Source of the DNA: Alphaproteobacteria bacterium
GTDB taxonomy: Bacteria; Pseudomonadota; Alphaproteobacteria; UBA6615
Direction: 5' to 3'
NCBI GenBank assembly: GCA_021774575.1
Contig: JAJFIX010000031.1
Span: forward strand, 28,264 to 92,263
Length of the DNA: 64,000 bases
The position numbers were made by a program, and so were the translations under genes. The first letter of the stretch is position 1; each line of letters begins with the position of its first letter. The notes beneath the pieces are model-generated. The model saw only the letters and a list, made by a program, of their open reading frames with translations, made no database searches and was not told where the DNA came from. Shown here one piece after another: positions 55,666-64,000 of the stretch.

Positions 55666-57804
55666 ATGAGCACAACTCAGGCAGCAACCGATACGCCGCG
55701 CATAGCTGACGATCTCGGTTTAATGCGAGTTTTGCGTAAAATACTTTCAGGCCCGATCACCGTTTCCAATGCCATCGGAACCGTTTGGATCTTTGCCTTA
55801 ATGCTGATGATCGTTGCAGACATTTTGGGCCGGAAGTTTTTCGGCACTCCTGTCCGCGGTGTTGTATTGATCGTTTCTCATTCGATTGTCGGCATTATAT
55901 TTCTTCAAATGGCGTCGAGTCTTGAAGTCGGTCGTATTACCCGGACCAGTGTTTTCATTGGCGGCCTGTTGAAAACCAGGCCTTTTGCCGCGGCTTTTTA
56001 TCAGCTTGTTTTTCACGGTCTTGGCGCCGTGGTGCTTGCCGAAATCGCCTACTGGACCTGGCCGAAGTTAGAAAAAGCTTGGAATACGGGTGAATGGGAA
56101 GGAGCGGCTAATGATGTCGTACTTCTCGTTTGGCCGCTTAAGGCCATCATTGTATTCGGTGCCTCGGCAACGGCACTACAATTTCTCCGCTTGGCTATTC
56201 GCGACGTTGCCGTACTTGTTACCGGCGTGCCCCAAGACCCGAGCGCCCCCAAAGACGCGCCCAAGGGATGGATGGCAATAACATTTTTGATCTTCGGGAT
56301 CCTACTTGTTTCACTGTTGGCGATGAATTCCGACGGACTAACCAATTTGCAAATCGGTATGATTTCCGTTGGTGCGATGTTGATGCTGATTTATTCAGGC
56401 ATGCATATTGCGATCGCTTTATTGTTACTCTCAATTGGCGGCAGTGCGGTCATCTTTGACGGCGCCGTGGTCCTTGCAATGAAGCAGATGGCCGGTGTCA
56501 CTAATACGGCTGTCGGTAATTTCACCTTCGGCGTTGTCCCGCTATTTGTTCTCACAGGCTTACTCGTCAGCGCGGCTGATTTCGGGCGCGAGGCGTTTGA
56601 AGTTGCGGAATGGATATTTGGTAAAATCGTTGGCGGGTTGGGGGTCGCGACCGTTGCGGCCAATGCCGTGTTTGCTGCGATTACCGGCGTTTCATTGGCT
56701 TCGGCGGCGGTCTTTACCCGTGTCGCGGTTCCGCCAATGGTCGAGCGTGGGTTTACGACTAAATTTGCCGTTGGTACGGTTGCCGGCAGTTCGGTACTCG
56801 GCATGTTGATCCCACCAAGTTTACTGCTCATCATTTATGGAATTGTCACCGAAGCGTCGGTTGGCAAATTGTTTCTCGCGGCCATTATTCCCGGCATCGT
56901 ATTGGCTACGGCTTTTGCCGTGATGATCATTCTGCTCGCCAAATTCATGCCAAACTTTGTTGGGGTCGAGGCACCCGAGCATAAACGCAAGCGGCTGGAA
57001 GCCGAAAAAGACGGCAATTTGGATCCGATGAGCAAAGCTGGTGTGGCGTTACTAGCCGGATGGCCGTTGCGTTTGACCGTTGGGCCGTCCGGTGCGGTAA
57101 AATTGCTCGGCGCACTCGTCAAGCTCACCCCAATTTTATTGCTGATGCTAATCGTCCTTGGCGGTATCTATGGCGGGTATTTCTCACCGACCGAGGCTGG
57201 GGCAGCCGGTGCATTCGCCGCTTTGGTCATCGCCCTCATAAAGCGACGGCTGACCTGGAAATCGTTTTGGGAAGTGATGTTGCAGACCGGGCATATCGCC
57301 ACCGGTGTTCTGTTCTTGATTACTGCATCGATGTTTTACGCACAATTTCTAGCGCGCAGCGGTTTGCCTGGTTTTATCATGGGCTTTGTGACGAATTCTG
57401 ATTTCGGGCTGGTCGGCCTCATCCTAGCGTACATGGTCGTGTTGTTGATCTTGGGAATGATTCTCGATCCCATTTCGATCGTACTCATCACCGTTCCGAT
57501 GATCTATCCGGCAATTGTTCAGGGCGGTGGCGATCTGATTTGGTTTGGCATCGTGACCATCATTGCCGTCGAAGCCGGTCTGCTGACGCCACCTCTCGGG
57601 CTGACCGTCTTTGTTGTTCAGGGGATAATGGGCGACGAACATGTCACTGTGCCCGAAGTCTTCCGAGGCGCCTTTCCCTACGTCATAACGATGATTCTGG
57701 TGCTCTTATTGCTGATCAGTCAGGAATGCATAAGCTTGGTCATGCTCGAGCGCGAAGGGGCGGCATGCCGCGAAGTCTTTGCCGGTTGGTTTGGGCGCGG
57801 TTAA
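55666..57804 (+). CDS. TRAP transporter fused small/large permease (DctQ-DctM fusion)
   Basis: N-terminal DctQ-like 4-TM region followed by a DctM-like 12-TM region (…GGLGVATVAANAVFAAITGVSLASAAVFTRVAVPPMVERG…). Start set at MSTTQ (55666). Confidence 0.8.
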   Translation: MSTTQAATDTPRIADDLGLMRVLRKILSGPITVSNAIGTVWIFALMLMIVADILGRKFFGTPVRGVVLIVSHSIVGIIFLQMASSLEVGRITRTSVFIGGLLKTRPFAAAFYQLVFHGLGAVVLAEIAYWTWPKLEKAWNTGEWEGAANDVVLLVWPLKAIIVFGASATALQFLRLAIRDVAVLVTGVPQDPSAPKDAPKGWMAITFLIFGILLVSLLAMNSDGLTNLQIGMISVGAMLMLIYSGMHIAIALLLLSIGGSAVIFDGAVVLAMKQMAGVTNTAVGNFTFGVVPLFVLTGLLVSAADFGREAFEVAEWIFGKIVGGLGVATVAANAVFAAITGVSLASAAVFTRVAVPPMVERGFTTKFAVGTVAGSSVLGMLIPPSLLLIIYGIVTEASVGKLFLAAIIPGIVLATAFAVMIILLAKFMPNFVGVEAPEHKRKRLEAEKDGNLDPMSKAGVALLAGWPLRLTVGPSGAVKLLGALVKLTPILLLMLIVLGGIYGGYFSPTEAGAAGAFAALVIALIKRRLTWKSFWEVMLQTGHIATGVLFLITASMFYAQFLARSGLPGFIMGFVTNSDFGLVGLILAYMVVLLILGMILDPISIVLITVPMIYPAIVQGGGDLIWFGIVTIIAVEAGLLTPPLGLTVFVVQGIMGDEHVTVPEVFRGAFPYVITMILVLLLLISQECISLVMLEREGAACREVFAGWFGRG

Positions 57805-57825
57805 TCAAGTTAGAGGAATAGATTT

Positions 57826-58638
57826 ATGGGTATGCTCGACGGCAAGAAAATTGTCGTTACCGGCGGGGCCAGCGGTATTGGTCGCGCCACATGTGTTCTT
57901 GCCGCGACGGAAGGCGCAGATGTTGCCGTTGCCGACATAGATCTGGAACGTGCCGCTGAAACCGCCGAACTCGTTCGGGCCGCCGGCGGAACGGCGATCA
58001 CGATTGAAATCGATACGTCGAAGAAAGCTGATGCGGATCGTATGGTGGCGGAGACCCTTGCTGCATTTGGAACCATTGACGGGATCGTGTGCGGAGCGAT
58101 CAAATTGGTTCCAGGCAAATTAGAGGAATTGCCCGAAGAAGATTGGGACATGGTGATTGATATTGGGCTTAAAGGTTATTTTCTCTGTGCCCAAGCGGCC
58201 GGCCGAGTGATGTTGGACAAAGGCGCCGGGTCAATCGTCTTCTTATCTTCGGTCGGTGGCGTGCAGGCCTATAATGGGGCAGGGGCCTATTCCATAGCAA
58301 AAGCCGGTGCGATCATGTTGGGCAAGCTATTCGGTGTTGAATGGGGGGGCAGGGGCGTGCGCGCCAATACAGTTTGCCCCGGCCAAATTCGAACCCCGAT
58401 GACCGAGGCAATGTTTGCCGATCCTGAAATCGCCGCAGGCAGAGCCGCCGTCGTTCCGATGGGGCGGGTCGGTTTGCCCGAGGAAATTGCCGAGGCATGC
58501 GTGTTTCTGCTTTCGGACCGGGCGAGCTACGTCAATGCCGACAGCATGCAGGTCGATGGCGGCCAGGCGGAAAGCAAAATGATGCACACGCCAGGACGCA
58601 ATTGGGGCGGCAAAAAAATGGATTATTCGACGAATTGA
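57826..58638 (+). CDS. SDR-family oxidoreductase
   Basis: TGGASGIG cofactor motif and a YxxxK catalytic motif (YSIAKAG). Confidence 0.9.
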   Translation: MGMLDGKKIVVTGGASGIGRATCVLAATEGADVAVADIDLERAAETAELVRAAGGTAITIEIDTSKKADADRMVAETLAAFGTIDGIVCGAIKLVPGKLEELPEEDWDMVIDIGLKGYFLCAQAAGRVMLDKGAGSIVFLSSVGGVQAYNGAGAYSIAKAGAIMLGKLFGVEWGGRGVRANTVCPGQIRTPMTEAMFADPEIAAGRAAVVPMGRVGLPEEIAEACVFLLSDRASYVNADSMQVDGGQAESKMMHTPGRNWGGKKMDYSTN

Positions 58639-58651
58639 AGAGGGCAACCTG

Positions 58652-59431
58652 ATGGGACGGTTTGAAGGTAAAGTCTGCATTGTGACCGGTGGTGCGAGCG
58701 GCATCGGGGCAAAGACGGCGGAAATGTTTGTCGAGCAAGGCGGGTGTGTCGTCGTTACTGACGTTAACGATGCGGCGGGCGAGAAATTAGTTGGCGATAT
58801 TGGGGCAAGCAAAGCGGCTTATTTACACCTCGATGTTACCGACCCGGACGCCTGCCAGGCAGGTGTCGACTTGGCTGTCGAGAAATTTGGCAGCGTCGAT
58901 TACCTGCTCAATTCGGCAGTGAAAATGGCACCGGGAATGCTTAAGGATCTTTCCTTGGCCGACTGGAACACGATGGTCAACATCGGTTTGACCGGCTCTT
59001 TTTTGATGACACAGGCCGTCGGAAATTGGTTGATAGAGAACGAACGACCGGGGTCAGTTGTGATGATGTCTTCGATTGGTGGGCGCCAGCCTTATGGCAT
59101 GTCGGGTGCCTATTCGACGGTCAAGGCGGCGGTAAAAATGCTGGCAGATCATTTCGGCATCGAGTGGGGCGGGTATAATATCCGGGTCAATTCAATCGTC
59201 GCCGGTCATATCGAGACACCGCTGACGGCTTACTTGAAGGACCCAGAAATCAAGCGCGGTCGCAGCGAAGTAACGCCCCTCGGCCGGGTCGGTCAGCCGG
59301 TCGATATTGCCAATGCGGTTTTGTTTCTTTTTTCCGACGAAGCCGATTATGTGACGGCAACAGCGCTCAATGTTGATGGGGGCATAACGCGCAGCGTCAT
59401 GAACCACATGCCCGGCCGCAAGTGGAGCTAG
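58652..59431 (+). CDS. SDR-family oxidoreductase
   Basis: TGGASGIG motif and a YSTVKAA catalytic motif. Confidence 0.9.
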   Translation: MGRFEGKVCIVTGGASGIGAKTAEMFVEQGGCVVVTDVNDAAGEKLVGDIGASKAAYLHLDVTDPDACQAGVDLAVEKFGSVDYLLNSAVKMAPGMLKDLSLADWNTMVNIGLTGSFLMTQAVGNWLIENERPGSVVMMSSIGGRQPYGMSGAYSTVKAAVKMLADHFGIEWGGYNIRVNSIVAGHIETPLTAYLKDPEIKRGRSEVTPLGRVGQPVDIANAVLFLFSDEADYVTATALNVDGGITRSVMNHMPGRKWS

Positions 59432-60255
59432 CAGCAGTGAGTTCGCGCCAACCAGCCGGATACAGCTGAACTAACCGCAGCCTCTTGGCCGACATAGAAG
59501 TGACCGCAATTTTCGATAATCTCAACATCGCAGGGACCCGAACATTTTTCCGCAAATTCATCGGCTGGGTAAATATCGTCGGACTCCTCGTCGCCTTTAA
59601 GAAAAAGCACAGGGCAGGAAATTTTTTCCGCCCAGTCCAAAATTCCGGGCACCGAAGTCATGAAATCGACCGCACTTTGTGCGCCAATGACCCGCCACCA
59701 CCCGTCCAACAGTAATAAATCGCGTGGGCGTCCGGCGGCTATACTGGTCACCGCGCGCGCAGCAATTTTGTCATAGTCTGCACCGGCCCAATTTCCGGCG
59801 GCGCTGATCTTTGCAGCGATATCAGTTCCGCCCGCATGGGCCGAAAGCAAAATCAGGGCCGGTGTGTCGGAATGGTCTGCTGTGTAGCGCACCCCCAGCA
59901 TTCCGCCATTGCTGTGGCCGATGACGATTGGCGAACCAAATCCTTTGGCGCGCAGCCATTCCCCGGCCGTTATATTATCCGCCATAGCTTCGGCTGCTGT
60001 TTGGTAGGCGCCGCCTTCCAATTCACGGCTATCGCGGGTCGATAGGACATCGTGCCCACGTCGATTAAAGGCGAGGCAAGCAAAACCCATCTGGGTCAAA
60101 ATAGGTGGCAGGAAACGCGGCGCACCAACATAAAAATTCATGCAATTGCCATGCATCAGCATGACGGTGCCGCGAATTTCACCATCATCGGGTTCATAAT
60201 AGGCGCCGTCCAGCGGAACCGTGTCGGTTCCAATGGAGACCAATTCGGTCCGCAT
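59428..60255 (-). CDS. Alpha/beta-fold hydrolase
   Basis: 275 aa with a GHSNGG nucleophile elbow. It is 17 nt downstream of the nitrile-hydratase alpha-like gene on the same strand. Confidence 0.7.
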   Translation of the reverse strand: MRTELVSIGTDTVPLDGAYYEPDDGEIRGTVMLMHGNCMNFYVGAPRFLPPILTQMGFACLAFNRRGHDVLSTRDSRELEGGAYQTAAEAMADNITAGEWLRAKGFGSPIVIGHSNGGMLGVRYTADHSDTPALILLSAHAGGTDIAAKISAAGNWAGADYDKIAARAVTSIAAGRPRDLLLLDGWWRVIGAQSAVDFMTSVPGILDWAEKISCPVLFLKGDEESDDIYPADEFAEKCSGPCDVEIIENCGHFYVGQEAAVSSAVSGWLARTHCC

Positions 60256-60272
60256 GTTTATTGGTCTGCTTC

Positions 60273-60908
60273 TTATTCTAAGACAGTGGGCAATGTCACG
60301 CCAACCATGGCATCGCGGGTAATAATCTCTTCCAACTGTGCTTCGCTCCAGCCTTGCGTCCCCTCGGGGCGCATTGGAATGACGACGTAGCGCATATCGG
60401 CATTGCTATCATGTACCCGCAGCGTCACGTCATCAGAAAGTTGGGTGCCGAATTCCGCCAGCACGGGGCGCGGTTCGACAACGACGCGCTTGCGATAGTT
60501 ATCGGATTTGTACCAAGTCGGTGGTTGCCCGAGGAGGTGCCGGGGATAGCAGGAGCATAGAGTACAAACGATCACGTTATGAATTTCGGGAGTGTTTTCG
60601 ACGGCGACGAGCTGGTCGGTTTCCAGGTCAATCCCCATGGAGGCAACTGCCGCCTTGCCGTCGCGCAGCAGGAATTTTTTAAATGCGGGGTCGGTCCAGG
60701 CCCGTGCAATTACTTTCGCGCCGCGATTTGGATAATCGGACTCAAAGGCCTCCATGGTCGCCCTGACCTCATCCGCCGTCATCACCCCTTGGTCGATCAG
60801 CAGTTCCTGCATTGCCCGGCTCATGATTTCGTATTCGCTCGGCACACCGTCTCTCTGGCCGGCAGTTTGATGAGGATGTTGGTGATCGTCGACGTGATTA
60901 TTTACCAT
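60273..60908 (-). CDS. Nitrile hydratase alpha-subunit-like protein, cobalt-type metal centre (or thiocyanate hydrolase gamma-like)
   Basis: 211 aa carrying VCTLCSCYP, the Cys-Thr-Leu-Cys-Ser-Cys claw of Co-type NHase alpha. The flanking sequence (…WYKSDNYRKRVV…, …RYVVIPMRPEGT…) matches the NHase alpha fold. Confidence 0.85.
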   Translation of the reverse strand: MVNNHVDDHQHPHQTAGQRDGVPSEYEIMSRAMQELLIDQGVMTADEVRATMEAFESDYPNRGAKVIARAWTDPAFKKFLLRDGKAAVASMGIDLETDQLVAVENTPEIHNVIVCTLCSCYPRHLLGQPPTWYKSDNYRKRVVVEPRPVLAEFGTQLSDDVTLRVHDSNADMRYVVIPMRPEGTQGWSEAQLEEIITRDAMVGVTLPTVLE

Positions 60909-61254
60909 TGGATTTTTCGCTCCCTTCGGCCCGCTCTTCAGCTTGATTGAGCCAATGCTCGTAGATTTCCAACTCTATCGTGTCGTATTGCGGACCGGCG
61001 TAAGTTGGCCAGACATGAGTTTGCGAGAATCGAACTCGGTAGAGAATGCGTTCGGGCAGTCCGTCTTCACCATAGGCCCTGGTTTCCGGGTCTGGAAAGG
61101 CGCCACAAATGCGCTCGATCTCCCCGCTTTTGCCTCGAATATAATAGGGCACCCGACAGTGACCCGCCGGATAACCGATTTGCACGGTTACACTATCACC
61201 GACGTCGAATTTTCGGTTGGGGGCTGGGCGGTAGGTTGAGGTCGCACCGGTCAT
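60898..61254 (-). CDS. Nitrile hydratase beta-subunit C-terminal-half homologue (SCNase-alpha / ToyL-like small subunit)
   Basis: 118 aa (…FDVGDSVTVQ…GHCRVPYYIRGKSGEIERICGAF…ILYRVRF…) resembling the C-terminal beta-barrel domain of NHase beta. Confidence 0.75.
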   Translation of the reverse strand: MTGATSTYRPAPNRKFDVGDSVTVQIGYPAGHCRVPYYIRGKSGEIERICGAFPDPETRAYGEDGLPERILYRVRFSQTHVWPTYAGPQYDTIELEIYEHWLNQAEERAEGSEKSNGK

Positions 61255-61632
61255 CTAGCTTGCTCTATTTTTCGATTGGCCCGTCGCAAACCTGGCCCTG
61301 ACAACTTCCATCTTTTCATCCAGTTCGGCCTGGGTGAAAGTCCCTTTTTCGATAAGGAGATTGCGGATCGCCTTTGTTGTTCGTTCAAAATAGCTGAGCC
61401 GGTAATAATCGGGTAAATCCTCGGCCGCCCGCCGCATCTCATCAAGTGCAGAGATCCCCTTGGCGACCATCACCATACGCATACCATTTGCCTGTTTTTC
61501 CCAAAACAGCATGCCGTGATCTCTGGTGTCGATGGGGCCAGCATCGGCACTACTCACATCGCCCCCCATATCATGGGCACGGGGGGCGTGGGGGCCATCT
61601 TCGGCAGTGGGACCGTGCTTAGGGGTTTTCAT
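61255..61632 (-). CDS. Nitrile hydratase beta-subunit N-terminal-half homologue (SCNase-beta / ToyK-like small subunit)
   Basis: 125 aa (…HDMGGDV…GPIDTRDHGMLFWEKQANGM…DYYRLSYFERTTKAIRNLLIEKG…) resembling the N-terminal helical domain of NHase beta. Confidence 0.75.
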   Translation of the reverse strand: MKTPKHGPTAEDGPHAPRAHDMGGDVSSADAGPIDTRDHGMLFWEKQANGMRMVMVAKGISALDEMRRAAEDLPDYYRLSYFERTTKAIRNLLIEKGTFTQAELDEKMEVVRARFATGQSKNRAS

Positions 61633-61732
61633 GATTTATCGTCCTCGTGTGCGTGCAACATGACCGGTTCCCACGATAGCGAATTTATTCGCCCTTGTAG
61701 AAATTGAATTATGTAGAATATGTATTTTGGCA

Positions 61733-61762
61733 TAAAAAACCCCCCGGCGTTATCGCCGGGGG
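61733..61762 (-). terminator. Rho-independent terminator after the Gfo/Idh/MocA gene, insulating it from the NHase-like operon
   Basis: Minus-strand hairpin CCCCCGGCG-ATAA-CGCCGGGGG followed by TTTTTTAT. Confidence 0.8.
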
Positions 61763-61793
61763 TCAAATCAAGCTAACCGCCTGTATGTCAGGG

Positions 61794-62798
61794 TTAGCCG
61801 GTAATGTCGCTTATAGCGACCGGCTGCCCACTGGCGACAGAATTAATCATCGCCTGCAATGCCTCGATGGAGTGCAGGGCATCGGCAGGGCTGATATGGT
61901 AGGCGCCTTTGCCGGCAATTGCATTGGCAAAAGAGCGTTGCTCTTCGGCGATGCTGGCAATCGGGTCTGAGACAAAATCAAAGTCATAGGTCAATGTCTC
62001 GGGCTCACCATCAACCGGCCTGAAGGTCAAATTGTTATAGGCTCGACCAGTGATTTCTGCCGAAGCCTTGGTTCCGAAAATTGTAATGTTCATGCCAATC
62101 GCCGTCGCAACTATGGTCGCGATTGACCCGGTTGCACCGCTTTGGAGTTTGAACATTGCTGACGAGGTGTCATCGACATCGGCTTCAACCGCTATCCGAT
62201 CCGACAATGCGTAAACCGTATCAAAACGGCCGAATAAATCGATAACATGATCGATTTGATGCATGCCGAGCGGAGCCATGCCGGCAATTGGCAATTCGGT
62301 CCGCGACATCCTCCAATTCTCGGCCGGCATTTTCAGGGCCATTGGGATGGTTTCGGTTGCTGAAAAATGCAATAATTTGCCGAAATATCCTTCGGCAATC
62401 CGATTTCTTATTTCGACAATAGATGGATGGTTTCGACGATTGTGGCCGACAGCGAGAACCAAGCCTTTTTCAGCCGCAAAGTCTGTGACTTTCTTGGCGC
62501 CTGCGTAGGTCAAGGTAAGGGGTTTTTCGACGAGCACATGTTTTCCGGCTTTAAGTGCCTTTGCAATATCTTCATCATGTTGTGTGTTCGCGGTTGAGAC
62601 AAAAATCGCCTCAATATCGGCGTTTTCTAGCATATCATCGATGCTGGTGAAAACCTTGATACCGTATTTCTCTGCCGTTTCTTTCGCTTTTTCGGCGTCA
62701 CGTACGGTGGTCGCGGTGAATTGGACATCGGAGTCGGCACCTGCGCGCACGCGGTTTTGAGCCCACCAGCCGAGGCCTGTGATACCTGCTTTAATCAA
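61794..62798 (-). CDS. Gfo/Idh/MocA-family oxidoreductase
   Basis: 334 aa with an N-terminal Rossmann fold (MIKAGITGLGWWAQNRV…). Confidence 0.85.
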   Translation of the reverse strand: MIKAGITGLGWWAQNRVRAGADSDVQFTATTVRDAEKAKETAEKYGIKVFTSIDDMLENADIEAIFVSTANTQHDEDIAKALKAGKHVLVEKPLTLTYAGAKKVTDFAAEKGLVLAVGHNRRNHPSIVEIRNRIAEGYFGKLLHFSATETIPMALKMPAENWRMSRTELPIAGMAPLGMHQIDHVIDLFGRFDTVYALSDRIAVEADVDDTSSAMFKLQSGATGSIATIVATAIGMNITIFGTKASAEITGRAYNNLTFRPVDGEPETLTYDFDFVSDPIASIAEEQRSFANAIAGKGAYHISPADALHSIEALQAMINSVASGQPVAISDITG

Positions 62799-62914
62799 AA
62801 TCTTATCCTTCCGGGTGGAAATTAGGGGCCGCAGCCGACCTGGCCCAATTGGGCCAGGGTTTCATATCGAAAAGGGGGGCGCGCCGCAAGGCCGAGGACA
62901 CGGGGCAAGCCCGG

Positions 62915-63892
62915 TTACGGAACCAGAATGATCGATCCGGTGGTTTTTCGTCCGGCAAGGTCGATATGCGCCTGTGCGGCGTCTTCCAGCGCGTATTTAC
63001 GGCTGATATCAACGCTGAGAGTCTCGTTTCCGATGAGATCAAAGACCTCCCGTGCCATGGCGGCGGCCTTTGCCTTTGTATCGATAAAATGTTTCAACGA
63101 TGTCTTACCGAAAAACAGAGATTTTTTGTTTAGCGCCATGGCGTCGATTGGCGGTAGCAAACCCGACGCATGTCCAAAATTGATAAAAAATCCGGTCGGT
63201 GCGAGTGCGGCAATATTGCCGCCAAACGTATCCTTGCCGATGCTGTCATAGACAACGTTGACGCCCTTTCCGTCAGTAATTTTTTCGACCGTTGGCGCGA
63301 ATGGTTTGGTTGAATAGTCGATGACATGATCACAGCCAGCGGCGCGCGCGGCCGATATCTTGGCAGGGCCCCCAACCGTGCCAATGACCGTCGCGCCGAG
63401 ATGTTTCGACCATTGGCATAGCAGCGACCCCATACCCCCGGCGGCCGCATGAACCAGGACTGTATCGCCTTCGTTTACACGATAAGTCTGGCGCAATAGA
63501 TATTGGGCGGTAAGCCCGCGCAGCAGGGCCGCCGCGGCAACTTCTTCGCTGATGCCGTCGGGTAATTTAACCAGTCGATCTGCGGCGATCAGACGCTCGC
63601 TGGTATAGGCGCCCATGGAGAAGAGATAGGCCACTCGGTCGCCAACAGCTACGTTTTCGACGCCGTCACCAATCTGAGCAACGATGCCGGCGCCATCCAA
63701 CCCGATCGCCGACGGCAGGTCCGGTTTGAGAAAATAGGTGCCTTGGCGGGTCAAAATATCGGCAAAATGTACCGCCGCGGCTGTTTGCGTGATCCGAACC
63801 TCACCGGACCCCGGATCGCCAATATCGACTTCACTAACGTGCAGGTTTTCCGGACCGCCAAAGGCGTCAATTACAACCGACCGTGCCATCAT
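62915..63892 (-). CDS. NADPH:quinone oxidoreductase / zinc-independent MDR-family alcohol dehydrogenase
   Basis: 325 aa (…AAAVHFADILTRQGTY…, …AAGGMGSLLCQW…). Confidence 0.85.
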   Translation of the reverse strand: MMARSVVIDAFGGPENLHVSEVDIGDPGSGEVRITQTAAAVHFADILTRQGTYFLKPDLPSAIGLDGAGIVAQIGDGVENVAVGDRVAYLFSMGAYTSERLIAADRLVKLPDGISEEVAAAALLRGLTAQYLLRQTYRVNEGDTVLVHAAAGGMGSLLCQWSKHLGATVIGTVGGPAKISAARAAGCDHVIDYSTKPFAPTVEKITDGKGVNVVYDSIGKDTFGGNIAALAPTGFFINFGHASGLLPPIDAMALNKKSLFFGKTSLKHFIDTKAKAAAMAREVFDLIGNETLSVDISRKYALEDAAQAHIDLAGRKTTGSIILVP

Positions 63893-64000
63893 TTCTCCTT
63901 AAAAGGATTATAGTCTGCCGAGCATTATCAGCTCTTCGCGTGCACCGGTATTCTGCAACCAAGTTTCCAAATCTTGGTCCAGCGTCTGCTCAAATAAATC

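Noticed and set aside
60273-61632. Considered whether the two small ORFs are NHase activator or epsilon proteins (P14K/NhlE-like, themselves beta-subunit homologues) rather than beta halves
   Set aside because: This was not fully rejected. Activators are normally encoded downstream of alpha, a canonical beta gene would still be expected, and none is present. The two ORFs together cover both beta domains in order and in the same frame, which favours a split beta. Alignment against known activators is required to settle this.
47640-64000. Considered whether the accessory-looking right arm is a prophage or integrative element
   Set aside because: No integrase, transposase, tRNA attachment site or phage structural genes were found. 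The content is metabolic (efflux, TRAP, oxidoreductases, NHase-like) and looks like a catabolic or accessory island rather than a mobile element.

Overview
This 64-kb window looks like a chromosomal segment of a moderately GC-rich alphaproteobacterium. Most of it is densely packed, syntenic housekeeping DNA: bamA(3' end)-skp-lpxD-fabZ-lpxA-lpxI-lpxB; gltA; gltX; comEC; lexA; a translationally coupled trpE-trpG-trpD-trpC-moaC-moeA block; ppiD; tpiA-secG-pyrG-kdsA-eno-ftsB-pdhA-pdhB-pdhC-lpdA-lipA; an SRPBCC protein; cinA-C; pgpA; ispDF; dusB-ntrB-ntrC-ntrY-ntrX-trkA-dat-hfq-hflX; and icd. From about 47.6 kb onward the content becomes accessory. It contains a LOG-family protein, a CDP-alcohol phosphatidyltransferase, a PadR-regulated RND efflux pair, a TRAP transporter with a fused DctQM permease, two SDR oxidoreductases, an alpha/beta hydrolase, a Gfo/Idh/MocA oxidoreductase and a quinone oxidoreductase. 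It also contains the most unusual feature of the window: a cobalt-type nitrile-hydratase alpha-like gene preceded by two small genes that together correspond to the N- and C-terminal halves of a nitrile-hydratase beta subunit. The two halves are separated by an in-frame TAG immediately followed by ATG. This three-gene architecture recalls three-subunit thiocyanate hydrolase and toyocamycin nitrile hydratase. No rRNA, tRNA, CRISPR, transposase or integrase was recognised. Several short tandem repeats, candidate LexA boxes, a PadR operator-like palindrome and rho-independent terminators are noted. All calls come from reading the sequence and ORF translations; no database search was run.
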